Below are positions 50,784 through 59,446 of a stretch of DNA of 64,000 nt, one piece after another. Positions within the stretch are counted from its first letter, which is position 1; each line of letters opens with the position of its first letter. The stretch covers positions 758,618-822,617 of the forward strand of contig CAWICC010000005.1 in NCBI GenBank assembly GCA_963834535.1, read 5' to 3'. Origin of the DNA: an uncultured delta proteobacterium (lineage in GTDB: Bacteria; Desulfobacterota; Binatia; Binatales; Binataceae). Position numbers and translations under genes: made by a program. The notes beneath the pieces are model-generated. The model was not told where the DNA came from, ran no database searches, and worked only from the letters and a program-made list of their open reading frames with translations.

Positions 50784-52004
50784 ATGAATCGGAAAATCAT
50801 TATCACTTTCATTTTAATGTTCGCCATCTCTTGGGCACTCTCTGACACGCCAGTCCGGGCCCAAACGTTTAAAACTCTCTACACCTTTACTGGAGTTCCA
50901 GACGGATCTTATCCCACCGGTACTTTGGTTCGTGACAACAGCGGCAATCTTTATGGGACCACGCAAGGCGGCGGCAACTCTTCATGCGTAGTTGAATTCA
51001 TTTACGGGTGCGGTACGGTTTTCAGAATATCTTCGAGCGGCAAAGAAACCATCCTGCACACGTTTACGAACACTCCCGACGGCGGTGGCCCAGTCTCCGG
51101 AATGATTCTCGATACTTCGGGAAATCTTTACGGAACAACTAATTACGGCGGCACAGGGCAAGCGGGAACCATCTTCAAGATTGATTCGAGCGGAAGTTAC
51201 AGCGTTCTTTACAACTTCCAGAGCAATGGCACCCAAGGTCAATACCCAATCGGGCCTCTGATTCTTGATGCTAGCGGGAATCTCTACGGCACAACTTCGG
51301 GCATTGGTGGGTCTGGCTGCGGATGCGGAAACGTATTCAAGCTAGACACTGCGGGCAATCTGACAGTGCTTTATACAATGACGGGTTTCTACGACGACGG
51401 CAGCCAGCCATTGGGCCAGGTGTTCCGAGATTCCGTTGGAAACATCTACGGTACCGATAGCGTCGGTGGTGACGGATTCGGCACCGTCTTCAAAATTAAC
51501 TCAAGCGGGACCGAGCAGGTCATTTACAGCTTCAAGAATTTGTCGGACGGGGAGAATCCTTGGGCAGGACTGTTGGTTGATACCCAGAAGAAAACTGCGA
51601 TCGGCACCACATACTCCGGCGGAAAAAATAAAGCTGGCACTGTCTATCACGTCACCGCCAGCGGAGTTGTGACTCCCTTGTATTCCTTTAGTGGCGGAAG
51701 TGATGGCGGGAACCCCGCTTATGGGACGCTGATACAAGATGGGGCCGGTAATCTTTATGGGGCTACTTCGCAGGGCGGAATTCAAAACAATAACTGCCCG
51801 GAATCTTCATGTGGCGTGGTGTTTGAGCTTTCGCCGAATGGTTCTGGCGGATATGTCGAGAAAATTCTGCATAGCTTTACAGGAGGCTCCGGCGGTTCGA
51901 ATCCGATAGGCGGATTGATCATGGACGAGGCTGGAAATCTCTATGGCACCGCGGCAAGTGGCGGACCGTACGGAAGTGGAACCGTCTTTGAGATCTCTCG
52001 ATAG
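50784..52004 (+). CDS. secreted tandem-repeat protein (Gloeo_Verruco / GloVer-type repeats)
   Basis: Intact 406-aa ORF with a signal peptide. It has about 8 repeats of the pattern ..LY(T/N)F.(G/N)..DG..P.G.L..D..GNLYGTT..GG....GTVFK(I/L).... Confidence 0.7.
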   Translation: MNRKIIITFILMFAISWALSDTPVRAQTFKTLYTFTGVPDGSYPTGTLVRDNSGNLYGTTQGGGNSSCVVEFIYGCGTVFRISSSGKETILHTFTNTPDGGGPVSGMILDTSGNLYGTTNYGGTGQAGTIFKIDSSGSYSVLYNFQSNGTQGQYPIGPLILDASGNLYGTTSGIGGSGCGCGNVFKLDTAGNLTVLYTMTGFYDDGSQPLGQVFRDSVGNIYGTDSVGGDGFGTVFKINSSGTEQVIYSFKNLSDGENPWAGLLVDTQKKTAIGTTYSGGKNKAGTVYHVTASGVVTPLYSFSGGSDGGNPAYGTLIQDGAGNLYGATSQGGIQNNNCPESSCGVVFELSPNGSGGYVEKILHSFTGGSGGSNPIGGLIMDEAGNLYGTAASGGPYGSGTVFEISR

Positions 52005-52035
52005 GTTTTATTTACAAACTTTCTCTGGAGTCACT

Positions 52036-53280
52036 ATGTTAGTAACAAATTTGCTTCGCGCTTGTATTCTGATTGGCGTAGCCACGCTGGCGCATGCGCA
52101 AACTTTCAAAATCGTTCACGAGTTCGATCACGCCAACGGCTCTTACGCCCAAGGAAGCTTGACCTTCCTCGGCGACGGCACACTCGTGGGGATGACCAGC
52201 CACGGCGGCGCTGCCGCCAATAACGGAACGATATTCCGGCTATCCGCAGCCGGGCAGGAAACCGTTCTCCACAATTTTTCGGGCAACGACGGTGCATACC
52301 CCTATCTCGGAAGCCTGATTCAGGATTCTGCGGGAAATTTTTACGGCACAACCTGGTACGGCGGAGACCTCTCCTGCGAGGGTGGTGAAGGTTGCGGGAC
52401 GGTATTCAAGGTTGATTCGAGCGGGAATGAAAGCGTTCTGCATAATTTCGAGGCGCAGAATGATGGCCAATTCCCGTTCTCGACTCTCGTTCTGGATCCT
52501 TCCGGCAACCTCTACGGCACAACCAGCAGCGGTTTCAGCTATGGCTCCAACGGGCTTGTGTTCGCGGTGAATTCCACAACCGGCGCTGAGAGTGTGATCT
52601 ACCAATTCGGCGGCGCGCCAGATGGAAGCTATCCCGAGTCTGGAATGGTAAGAGACACCAACGGAAATCTATATGGAACAACCGCGTTCGGAGGATCTGG
52701 ATCTGGCTGCGGGAATGCCGGTTGCGGGGCGGTTTTTGAATTGTCACCCAGCGGCAGCAGTTGGAAAGAAACAATACTTTATAGTTTTCAGGGTGGAAAT
52801 GACGGTGAACTTCCGGAAGCCCTGATTCGTGATTCGGCGGGCAATTTATATGGCGCGACGAACGTCGGCGGCGGAACGTCTTGCTACAACGGTGCAGGCT
52901 GTGGAACGGTGTTCAAGTTGAGCCCAAATTCAAATGGAACGTGGACGGAGACCGTTCTCTACCGCTTCACCGGTTTCCCGGGAACCGACGGAGCGTATCC
53001 GTATGGCCAATTGGTCCAAGACGCGGCTGGTAATTTGTACGGCACTACCGATTTAGGCGGCGGATCGAGCGCTTGCCAAGGCGTAATTCCAAATGGCTGT
53101 GGGACCGTGTTCAGAATTGATCCGGCCGGAAAGGAAACCATTTTGCACAAGTTTGGATTGACCGATGGCGCCTATCCCTATGCAGGGCTGGCCTTGGACC
53201 CGGCGACGTCTACACTTTGCGGAATCACGGCATCCGGCGGCGGGCCCGGACAGGGAGTTGTATTCACGATCAGCCGCTGA
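52036..53280 (+). CDS. secreted tandem-repeat protein (GloVer-type repeats), paralogue
   Basis: GGAG lies 5 nt upstream of ATG 52036, so the ORF-track start at 51943 overlaps the previous gene and is unlikely. It has a signal peptide (MLVTNLLRACILIGVATLAHAQ) and the same repeat pattern (..GNLYGTT.., ..GTVFK.., ..GAVFEL..). Confidence 0.7.
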   Translation: MLVTNLLRACILIGVATLAHAQTFKIVHEFDHANGSYAQGSLTFLGDGTLVGMTSHGGAAANNGTIFRLSAAGQETVLHNFSGNDGAYPYLGSLIQDSAGNFYGTTWYGGDLSCEGGEGCGTVFKVDSSGNESVLHNFEAQNDGQFPFSTLVLDPSGNLYGTTSSGFSYGSNGLVFAVNSTTGAESVIYQFGGAPDGSYPESGMVRDTNGNLYGTTAFGGSGSGCGNAGCGAVFELSPSGSSWKETILYSFQGGNDGELPEALIRDSAGNLYGATNVGGGTSCYNGAGCGTVFKLSPNSNGTWTETVLYRFTGFPGTDGAYPYGQLVQDAAGNLYGTTDLGGGSSACQGVIPNGCGTVFRIDPAGKETILHKFGLTDGAYPYAGLALDPATSTLCGITASGGGPGQGVVFTISR

Positions 53281-53329
53281 GTATTCTTGATCCTGCCATA
53301 AAGAATGCGGGACATCGGCTGGTTTGAAA

Positions 53330-53626
53330 CTAGGCTGTTCCGTCAACGGGCGCGCGGGGTTTTTTTCGACGTTCGGTCCGCGGTTTCTCGATAATCGCTT
53401 CCGGATGCGCTTGGACAACCACATCTACTTCTGCGCCTTGCTTGAGCGCAACCTCTATGCCATTTTCATCATGTAGCGTATTTTCGATTCGGATTTCCCG
53501 GTAGAGATCGTCGGCACCTTCCACCGAAACCTGCGCTTTTTCCGGCTCATCGGGATAAGGGCTCTTGATGATCTTCTCCACCTTGCCGGGCAACGTCACT
53601 GCAGCCTTGTCGGATGTCTCGTTCAT
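53330..53626 (-). CDS. hypothetical small acidic/basic-tailed protein (98 aa)
   Basis: Intact ORF. No family was recognised. Its composition is protein-like (..KVEKIIKSPYPDEPEKAQVSVEGADDLYREIRIENTLHDENGIEVALKQGAEVDVVV..), with a basic tail. Confidence 0.5.
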   Translation of the reverse strand: MNETSDKAAVTLPGKVEKIIKSPYPDEPEKAQVSVEGADDLYREIRIENTLHDENGIEVALKQGAEVDVVVQAHPEAIIEKPRTERRKKPRAPVDGTA

Positions 53627-53948
53627 TAGAATCGCTCCTCTTGATTGCTTTTGGGATAGCTGACCATAACCATTTCGCGCATGCGAAGTACATCTTTACG
53701 GATTGTCATCCTCAATTCTTGCAGAATGCGTTTGCAAGATGCGTTATCTGTGGTCTCAATTGCTTTATGACACAGTTTTAGTATTAGCTCCTCTGCGTGG
53801 GCATAATTTCCGTCCTAAGAATGTGGATTGGATGCGAAAACGCGCAAAACGTTATCTACAGGGAATTGCTGAAATCTTTTTGTTTTTTCCACGGTGATGG
53901 GGAGAACGTCGGCGGGGGCTTAATTGAATCGGTTTGCGCAACCCACGG

Positions 53949-54203
53949 TTATTCTTTGTCTTTCTCGGTGTCTTTCGTGCCCTTCGCGCTGGTCGCGGCG
54001 TTCTTCGTCTTATGTTTCTTTGCTTTCTTCTTTTGGCGTGTCGCGGGTTTCTCCGCATCCTGCCGCTGCTGGGCTTGCTGCTGGCGTTGCGCCTGATCTT
54101 GCATCTGGGTCCAGAGTGCTTGCTGGCCGTGTAAGGTAGGGGCAACAAAAACCGCCATCACAAGCGACAGAAAAAGCTGCGCGGAGGCCGAAGGCGAACG
54201 CAT
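53949..54203 (-). CDS. small secreted Gln/Lys-rich protein (84 aa)
   Basis: AAGGAAG lies 7 nt upstream of ATG 54203, so the ORF-track start at 54314 is probably too far upstream. It has a signal peptide (MRSPSASAQLFLSLVMAVFVAPTLHG), followed by QQALWTQMQDQAQRQQQAQQRQD.. and a Lys-rich tail. Confidence 0.5.
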   Translation of the reverse strand: MRSPSASAQLFLSLVMAVFVAPTLHGQQALWTQMQDQAQRQQQAQQRQDAEKPATRQKKKAKKHKTKNAATSAKGTKDTEKDKE

Positions 54204-54279
54204 ACAAACTTCCTTAACGCAAATATAACACCGCCGCGCCAGCAATGGCAGAGGACACGTGCTCAATCTCAGGCTCGGT

Positions 54280-54570
54280 CTATTTCTGGGGGGATAGTCC
54301 GGCCGTACCTCCAAATAATGTCGCTGTGTTTGTATTCGTCGGCGTTATGCTCACGCGTTTGAGTGCGGTGTCGTCCTGCAATAGAACCAACAGATTATTG
54401 TCCTGGGGCGAAGATTTCTGTTGGGGCTGGCCTTGCTGCTGACCTTTTTGCGCCTGCGCCTTGATTTTGTCCCAAACGCTCTGCGCGTTCGCGGCGGTTG
54501 TACCGGCCAGAGTTGCCGCGAGAAATAGAGCGGCAAAAATCCTTTTGAGCCAAGTTGACGAAATACTCAT
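54280..54570 (-). CDS. small secreted Gln-rich protein (96 aa), N-terminal paralogue of 53949..54203
   Basis: GGAG lies 6 nt upstream of ATG 54570. It has a signal peptide (MSISSTWLKRIFAALFLAATLAGTTAANA), followed by QSVWDKIKAQAQKGQQQGQPQQKS.. Confidence 0.55.
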   Translation of the reverse strand: MSISSTWLKRIFAALFLAATLAGTTAANAQSVWDKIKAQAQKGQQQGQPQQKSSPQDNNLLVLLQDDTALKRVSITPTNTNTATLFGGTAGLSPQK

Positions 54571-54745
54571 TCAGTTCTCCAAGAAAAGATTGGGTCGAAT
54601 ATTACACGATTACTGCCAGGAACGGCATATGCCGTGCTCGCGCCGCGAAACTCTCTACGTGGTAAAATCAGGCACTCGTGAACCAGTTCGGAGCACGATA
54701 CCCAGCGATTTCCTGCAGAGCTTCTTTAAAGACAGGGTCAGGCCA

Positions 54746-55798
54746 TTGCCGCAGAAAACAACGAAGAATCCGAGCATCACCTACGCCGACGCCGGGGTGG
54801 ACATTGACCGCGGCAACAAGACCAAGAAGCGCATCAAGTACCTCGCGCACAAGACTTTCACTAAAGGCGTCCTGAGCGAGATCGGAGGCTTCGGTGGTCT
54901 GTTTGCCATTGACAAGACCAAGTATCAGGACCCGGTGCTGGTGTCGAGTGTCGATGGCGTCGGGACCAAGCTCAAAATCGCCTTTGAGATGAACTTGCAC
55001 TCAACCATCGGCGGCGACCTGGTTAATCATTGTGTAAACGACATTGCTGTCCAAGGTGCCGCGCCGATGTTCTTTATGGATTACCTCGCCACTGGCAAGC
55101 TCGACCCAACGGTGGCGGAACAAGTAATTGAGGGTCTCGCCGACGCTTGCAAACATAACGGATGCGCCTTGATTGGCGGCGAAACCGCGGAAATGCCGGG
55201 ATTCTACCCCGAAGGCGAGTACGATCTTGCCGGATTCATTCTGGGCGTGGTCGAGCGCGAAAAAATCATTACCGGCAAGAACGTGCAGATTGGCGACATT
55301 ATTCTTGGCTTGGCCTCCAACGGTCTGCATACAAACGGATATTCGCTGGCCCGAAAACTGCTATTCGAGGTCGCTGGTTACACGGTGGATTCGTACGTAA
55401 ATGAACTTAAAGGCAAAGTAGGCAATGAGTTGATGCGTACGCACAAGAGCTACTGGCCATCCATCAAGCGACTTGTTGAAGCCGATTGCGTTTCCGCCAT
55501 GGCCCACATCACCGGCGGCGGTATCACCGAAAATCTACCTCGCGTGTTGCCCAAGAGCGTGGCCGCCCAGATAGAACTGGGCTCCTGGCCGGTGCTGCCC
55601 ATCTTTGAACATTTGCAACAGTTAGGCAACGTCCCGCAGGATGAAATGCTGCGGACGTTCAACATGGGCATTGGCATGCTGCTCGTCGTGCCCTTTGAGA
55701 AGTTCAAGAAAGTACAAACTTTGCTGGAGCGCTCCGGAGAAAAAGCATTCACGGTGGGCCGAATCGTCAAGGGCGATCGCAAAGTGACGTATATCTAA
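54746..55798 (+). CDS. purM: phosphoribosylformylglycinamidine cyclo-ligase (AIR synthetase)
   Basis: PurM motifs are present (ITYADAGVDIDRGN, GGFGGLF, VDGVGTKL, ..MDYLATGKL.., ..GGETAEMPG..). The ORF is open from 54461. In-frame ATG 54629 or TTG 54746 are possible starts. TTG 54746 gives the usual length of about 350 aa, and the upstream extension does not look PurM-like. Confidence 0.9.
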   Translation: MPQKTTKNPSITYADAGVDIDRGNKTKKRIKYLAHKTFTKGVLSEIGGFGGLFAIDKTKYQDPVLVSSVDGVGTKLKIAFEMNLHSTIGGDLVNHCVNDIAVQGAAPMFFMDYLATGKLDPTVAEQVIEGLADACKHNGCALIGGETAEMPGFYPEGEYDLAGFILGVVEREKIITGKNVQIGDIILGLASNGLHTNGYSLARKLLFEVAGYTVDSYVNELKGKVGNELMRTHKSYWPSIKRLVEADCVSAMAHITGGGITENLPRVLPKSVAAQIELGSWPVLPIFEHLQQLGNVPQDEMLRTFNMGIGMLLVVPFEKFKKVQTLLERSGEKAFTVGRIVKGDRKVTYI

Positions 55799-55862
55799 GC
55801 CCATCTCGCTTACATCGTGGGCAATCTTAGAGCAGATTCCTTGAACTGGCTGTGGCTAACGG

Positions 55863-56756
55863 TTATTGAAGGTAGTCAAACAGCGTGTTCTGCGGAAGTT
55901 TCGCAATAGCTGAAAGCGTTGCGTTTTCCGCGGTAGCGTCGCTGGTGACCTGCGTGGCGAGTGCTGCCTCGTCCGCCCCGGCCACGGTATTTTGCTGCTG
56001 AGCGAGTTGGGTCTTGGCAGAATCGAGGTATGTTTGCTGGCTTTGCGCCTGGTCGAGCGCGTTACCATAAAAAACTTGCTGGGTGCTCAAATAGTTGTAG
56101 GCCGTGCTAACTTCGTTGACTGCTGCGCCGATGCCGGTGTCGTTATTTAAGGCGGTGATCAAATCGTTCACGGATTGAAACACATCGGCCCCGGTGCCGT
56201 TGAAAATCTGCGATCCAGGCAGATTGATTTGCACGGAGTATCCGTTACCGATGGTCACCTGGTTCACATCGGTATTTCCTTTGTAGGTTACGCCTGACGA
56301 ACTGCTCCCGTCGGCAACGTAAGGTGCTACGCCCGCAGTCCCGGCAAAAAGATACTGTCCTTGATAGGAAGTGTTGGCCAGACTGATGAGCTGGCTCTGA
56401 ATCTGAGTGAGCTCATTCACAATGGCCGCACGATCGGTGGCAGAAAGGGTTCCGTTTGCGCCTTCCGTTCCCAGACTGATGACTTGCTGCAGGGTTGTGA
56501 CCACGGAATTCAGCGTAGAGTCGGCGGTAGAAAGCTGACCTGTGATGTTGCCAATGCTTTGCTCGTAGGAATCGGCCTGCGCGGTTTGGGCTGCGATCTG
56601 CACGAGTTGCGCCGCGCCGATGGGATCGTCGGAAGGCTGGTTGATTTTGTTGCCGGTTGAGAGTTGGAGCGTAGCCGTGTCCTGTTGCTGCTGCACCTGC
56701 GACAGCGCTTCGAGAAGGTCGGGCAAGGGGTACGGGTTGACGCGAATGGAGCTCAT
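55863..56756 (-). CDS. flgL: flagellar hook-associated protein 3
   Basis: Intact 297-aa ORF with a flagellin-like N-terminus (..LSTGNKINQPSDDPIGAAQLV..) and C-terminus. It lies directly downstream of flgK with a 4-nt overlap. Confidence 0.85.
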   Translation of the reverse strand: MSSIRVNPYPLPDLLEALSQVQQQQDTATLQLSTGNKINQPSDDPIGAAQLVQIAAQTAQADSYEQSIGNITGQLSTADSTLNSVVTTLQQVISLGTEGANGTLSATDRAAIVNELTQIQSQLISLANTSYQGQYLFAGTAGVAPYVADGSSSSGVTYKGNTDVNQVTIGNGYSVQINLPGSQIFNGTGADVFQSVNDLITALNNDTGIGAAVNEVSTAYNYLSTQQVFYGNALDQAQSQQTYLDSAKTQLAQQQNTVAGADEAALATQVTSDATAENATLSAIAKLPQNTLFDYLQ

Positions 56757-58132
56757 TGGTTTAGATCCAGCATTGCAATGACTGTGGTCATGAGATTGTC
56801 GATCGTCGTAACAACTTTGGCGGCGGCGTTGTATGCCTGCTGATACTGCAAGGTGTTGGCAGCCTCCTCGTCCAGGGACACACCAGAAATGCTACCTCGC
56901 TGGTCTTGCAACTGATTGAGTACGAGTTGCGCAGCAGTCGATTCGGCGGTCGTGTTAGAGACATCATTGCCGACGGTGTAAACGATACCGGAATAATAAT
57001 CGGCAGGCGTTTGCCCGTTGATGTTCGGCTGGGTAGCCACGGCGGAGAGGTTCGCCAAGTTGCCATTGCTGTCAGGCGTGCCGTCAGAACTGGCGGCGAT
57101 CAGCGCGGGATCTGTGATCTGGACCTGCAGATTGGCGGCAGCGCCAGACCCTGAAGCCGGCGGCGGAACGAAAATGTCCCCGCCTGGGTTGCCATTAAGG
57201 TCGTAGCCGGACTGGTTGGCAGCATTGACGCCGTTGGCCAGACCCGCGGCGAGGGTGTCGAGGTTCGAGAGAATCCCGGGAATCGTTTGGTCGCGCACCT
57301 GAATATAGCCAGCCAGCGCGCCAGAAGTAATCTGTGACGTGATGTCGGTGCCGCCCGCAAAGACGTCTTGGTGTCCGGAAGAGTTGGCCTGGGAGGTGAG
57401 CTGAAAACTCTGGCCTCCCGTAACGAGTGGTGTGCCATTGGCAGTAACGATGGTCAGGCCGTTGTTTTCGGTGGAGATCTGCGAAACGCCAATCAGGTTT
57501 GAGAGCTGTCCGATAAGAACATCACGTTGATTGACGAAAGCGCTGGCATTCTGGCCGATGCCAGTGAGTGTACTGATCTGAGTATTCAAACCAGCGATCT
57601 GTCCTGTGATTGTGTTGATTTGCTGCACGGCCTGGCTCACGTTGAGATCGAGGCTGGCTTCTTGTTGCGTAAGACTACTGGCAGTGTTGTTGAAAGTGGT
57701 GGCGAGATTGTTCGCCGCGGTGAGAACCGCTTGGCGGTCGGAAAGATTGGACGGATCCGTCGAAAGCTGGTCGAGAGTGGTGAACAGCTGCGAAACTTGG
57801 GAGCCAATATCACCGCTCGAACTGGAAAAATTTGTCTGAACTTGTTGCAGGGAGGTGAGAGCGGCGTTCAATTGGCCTTGTTGTTGCGTCTCCTGCTGAA
57901 TGCGGACTTGTAGGATGGGGTCGCGAATACTTTGCAGTTTTTCGAGCGAGACACCAGTCCCGTAAGTGAGCGAGCCGACGGTGACCGGGTCGCTCGCAAC
58001 CAGGTCGGGTTCGATGCGAGCATAGCCCGGGGTGTTGACGTTGGCCACGTTATTGCTTGTGGCGGTCAATGCGCCTTGGTCGGCCTCAAGGGCTCCGGTT
58101 GCGATGGCGAGGATGCCGTTCAGGCTTGCCAT
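56753..58132 (-). CDS. flgK: flagellar hook-associated protein 1
   Basis: Intact 459-aa ORF. The N-terminus is MASLNGILAIATGALEADQGALTATSNNVANVNTPGY. The C-terminus ..VSLDEEAANTLQYQQAYNAAAKV.. is typical of FlgK. Confidence 0.9.
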   Translation of the reverse strand: MASLNGILAIATGALEADQGALTATSNNVANVNTPGYARIEPDLVASDPVTVGSLTYGTGVSLEKLQSIRDPILQVRIQQETQQQGQLNAALTSLQQVQTNFSSSSGDIGSQVSQLFTTLDQLSTDPSNLSDRQAVLTAANNLATTFNNTASSLTQQEASLDLNVSQAVQQINTITGQIAGLNTQISTLTGIGQNASAFVNQRDVLIGQLSNLIGVSQISTENNGLTIVTANGTPLVTGGQSFQLTSQANSSGHQDVFAGGTDITSQITSGALAGYIQVRDQTIPGILSNLDTLAAGLANGVNAANQSGYDLNGNPGGDIFVPPPASGSGAAANLQVQITDPALIAASSDGTPDSNGNLANLSAVATQPNINGQTPADYYSGIVYTVGNDVSNTTAESTAAQLVLNQLQDQRGSISGVSLDEEAANTLQYQQAYNAAAKVVTTIDNLMTTVIAMLDLNQ

Positions 58133-58235
58133 GTTTGCACTTCAAATCTTTACTGTTGACTACGTGGTCTTGAACTCACAATCGATACTTCATACCGGCT
58201 GAACTCCGCGCTGCTTTGCATGGCCCATGTGCACC

Positions 58236-58622
58236 TTAAACCGCGTACGTGCCGTCGCTGCGATCTGCTTTTAGCAGTAAACGCGCAAAAATATCCACTG
58301 TACGCCGCGAGCGGTGTAACAAGGCGCCATAGATTCGATTTCGCGCCATGACCCCGGCCCGGATGCTATGAAAGTCTTGCAGCGCTTGTCCGGTAAGCAC
58401 CTTCTGCTCTAGGTTGGCTTCTCCAGGCAGCACGGTCGGAGGCGTGGTTGTGGGCTGATGGTGGATGCTATTCACAGCTTGAATGATCTCCCGTTGACGA
58501 TGTGTCTCCCGCGCGACTGATGCGAGGTCGGCGCGAGCTAACCCCTCAGTAGCATCTACGAGCGAGCCCTCCAGTTCACGCAATAGACGTATGTGCTCGC
58601 GAACATGCTCGATCTGGATCAT
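58236..58622 (-). CDS. probable flagellar export chaperone (FlgN-like)
   Basis: This is a 128-aa helical protein sitting in the flgM-(x)-flgN-flgK position. The assignment rests on position, size and helical character only; no diagnostic motif was seen. Confidence 0.4.
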   Translation of the reverse strand: MIQIEHVREHIRLLRELEGSLVDATEGLARADLASVARETHRQREIIQAVNSIHHQPTTTPPTVLPGEANLEQKVLTGQALQDFHSIRAGVMARNRIYGALLHRSRRTVDIFARLLLKADRSDGTYAV

Positions 58623-58684
58623 GGTCTTAACTCCGGATGCTGAAGGCTTGGCCCAAGTTGAACCGTGCTCTCAAAACCCCCGAC

Positions 58685-58948
58685 CTAGGCCAACCGATCC
58701 ACTTTATGCCCGGGTGTCGGCACGACTCCGGAAGCTGCGTTGTTTTCGTCGGCAGCTTGAAACTCTTCTATCTCTTCTTTCGTGGCGTTAGAATGCGCTT
58801 GGGCTTTGCGCCTATCCTGCTGTTTTTTACTCGCTGTTTCTGGTTCGCCGCGCGTGGAGTTTGGTTGAACTCGCGCGGCCGGTTCGAGATCGGAGATGGC
58901 AAGTTCATCCAACGATCCTCCAATGGCCCCATTGGTGATATCAGTCAT
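58685..58948 (-). CDS. hypothetical hydrophilic 87-aa protein inside the flagellar cluster
   Basis: It has a strong SD (gaAGGAGcaATG) upstream of ATG 58948. The sequence is acidic/charged and probably disordered (..ISDLEPAARVQPNSTRGEPETASKKQQDRRKAQAHSNATKEEIEEFQAADENN..). No family was recognised. Confidence 0.5.
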   Translation of the reverse strand: MTDITNGAIGGSLDELAISDLEPAARVQPNSTRGEPETASKKQQDRRKAQAHSNATKEEIEEFQAADENNAASGVVPTPGHKVDRLA

Positions 58949-58985
58949 TGCTCCTTCTTTTTCTTCTCATTGTTGCGGCACTTCG

Positions 58986-59318
58986 CTATGCTGCCTGTCT
59001 CGGCGCCAGATCAGCGAAGACGGCGTCGGCTGTCTGCGAAGGAGAAATATCGTAAGTGCCTGCATGCAACTGCTGCACCAGCGCAGCCACTTTTTCCTGT
59101 CGAATTTCGGGCTGTTGATTGACTTGGGTAACAAGTGCGCTCACCACACTCTGATATGTCGAATCCTGCGTTGCCTGGCGGGCGGCAATTTGGACAGCCT
59201 GCTGCGACGACGAACTGGCCTGAGATACACTCCGATTCGCAATATTTCCCGCGTCGGATGTTTCTGCCGTATTCCCGTGGTTCTCGACTCTCATTAATTT
59301 TGTCTCCATTACTTCCAT
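58986..59318 (-). CDS. flgM: anti-sigma-28 factor
   Basis: The C-terminal part EIRQEKVAALVQQLHAGTYDISPSQTADAVF matches the FlgM pattern. A consensus sigma-28 promoter lies upstream. The start is ambiguous: ATG 59318, or in-frame ATGs 3 and 8 codons downstream. Confidence 0.75.
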   Translation of the reverse strand: MEVMETKLMRVENHGNTAETSDAGNIANRSVSQASSSSQQAVQIAARQATQDSTYQSVVSALVTQVNQQPEIRQEKVAALVQQLHAGTYDISPSQTADAVFADLAPRQAA

Positions 59319-59361
59319 ATCGATTTCTATTTCTACGCCCGTTCGGTGACCATTGATCCAC

Positions 59362-59388
59362 TTATCGGCCGCAAATTAGAAACCTTTA
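59362..59388 (-). promoter_or_regulatory. sigma-28 (FliA)-type promoter upstream of flgM
   Basis: The minus strand reads TAAAGGTTTCTAATTTGCGGCCGATAA, that is TAAA-N15-GCCGATAA, an exact match to the enterobacterial FliA consensus. The -10 element ends 43 nt upstream of ATG 59318. Confidence 0.7.
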
Positions 59389-59446
59389 ATGACGCCGGTC
59401 TTACTTTTTCTTTCTACAAAAGCCATCGGCTCCTCTCCGGAAAACT

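Noticed and set aside
58133-58235. Searched for sigma-28 (TAAA-N15-GCCGATAA) or sigma-54 (TGGCAC-N5-TTGC) promoter upstream of flgK
   Set aside because: No acceptable match was seen by eye on the minus strand. This is left unannotated rather than forcing a weak hit.
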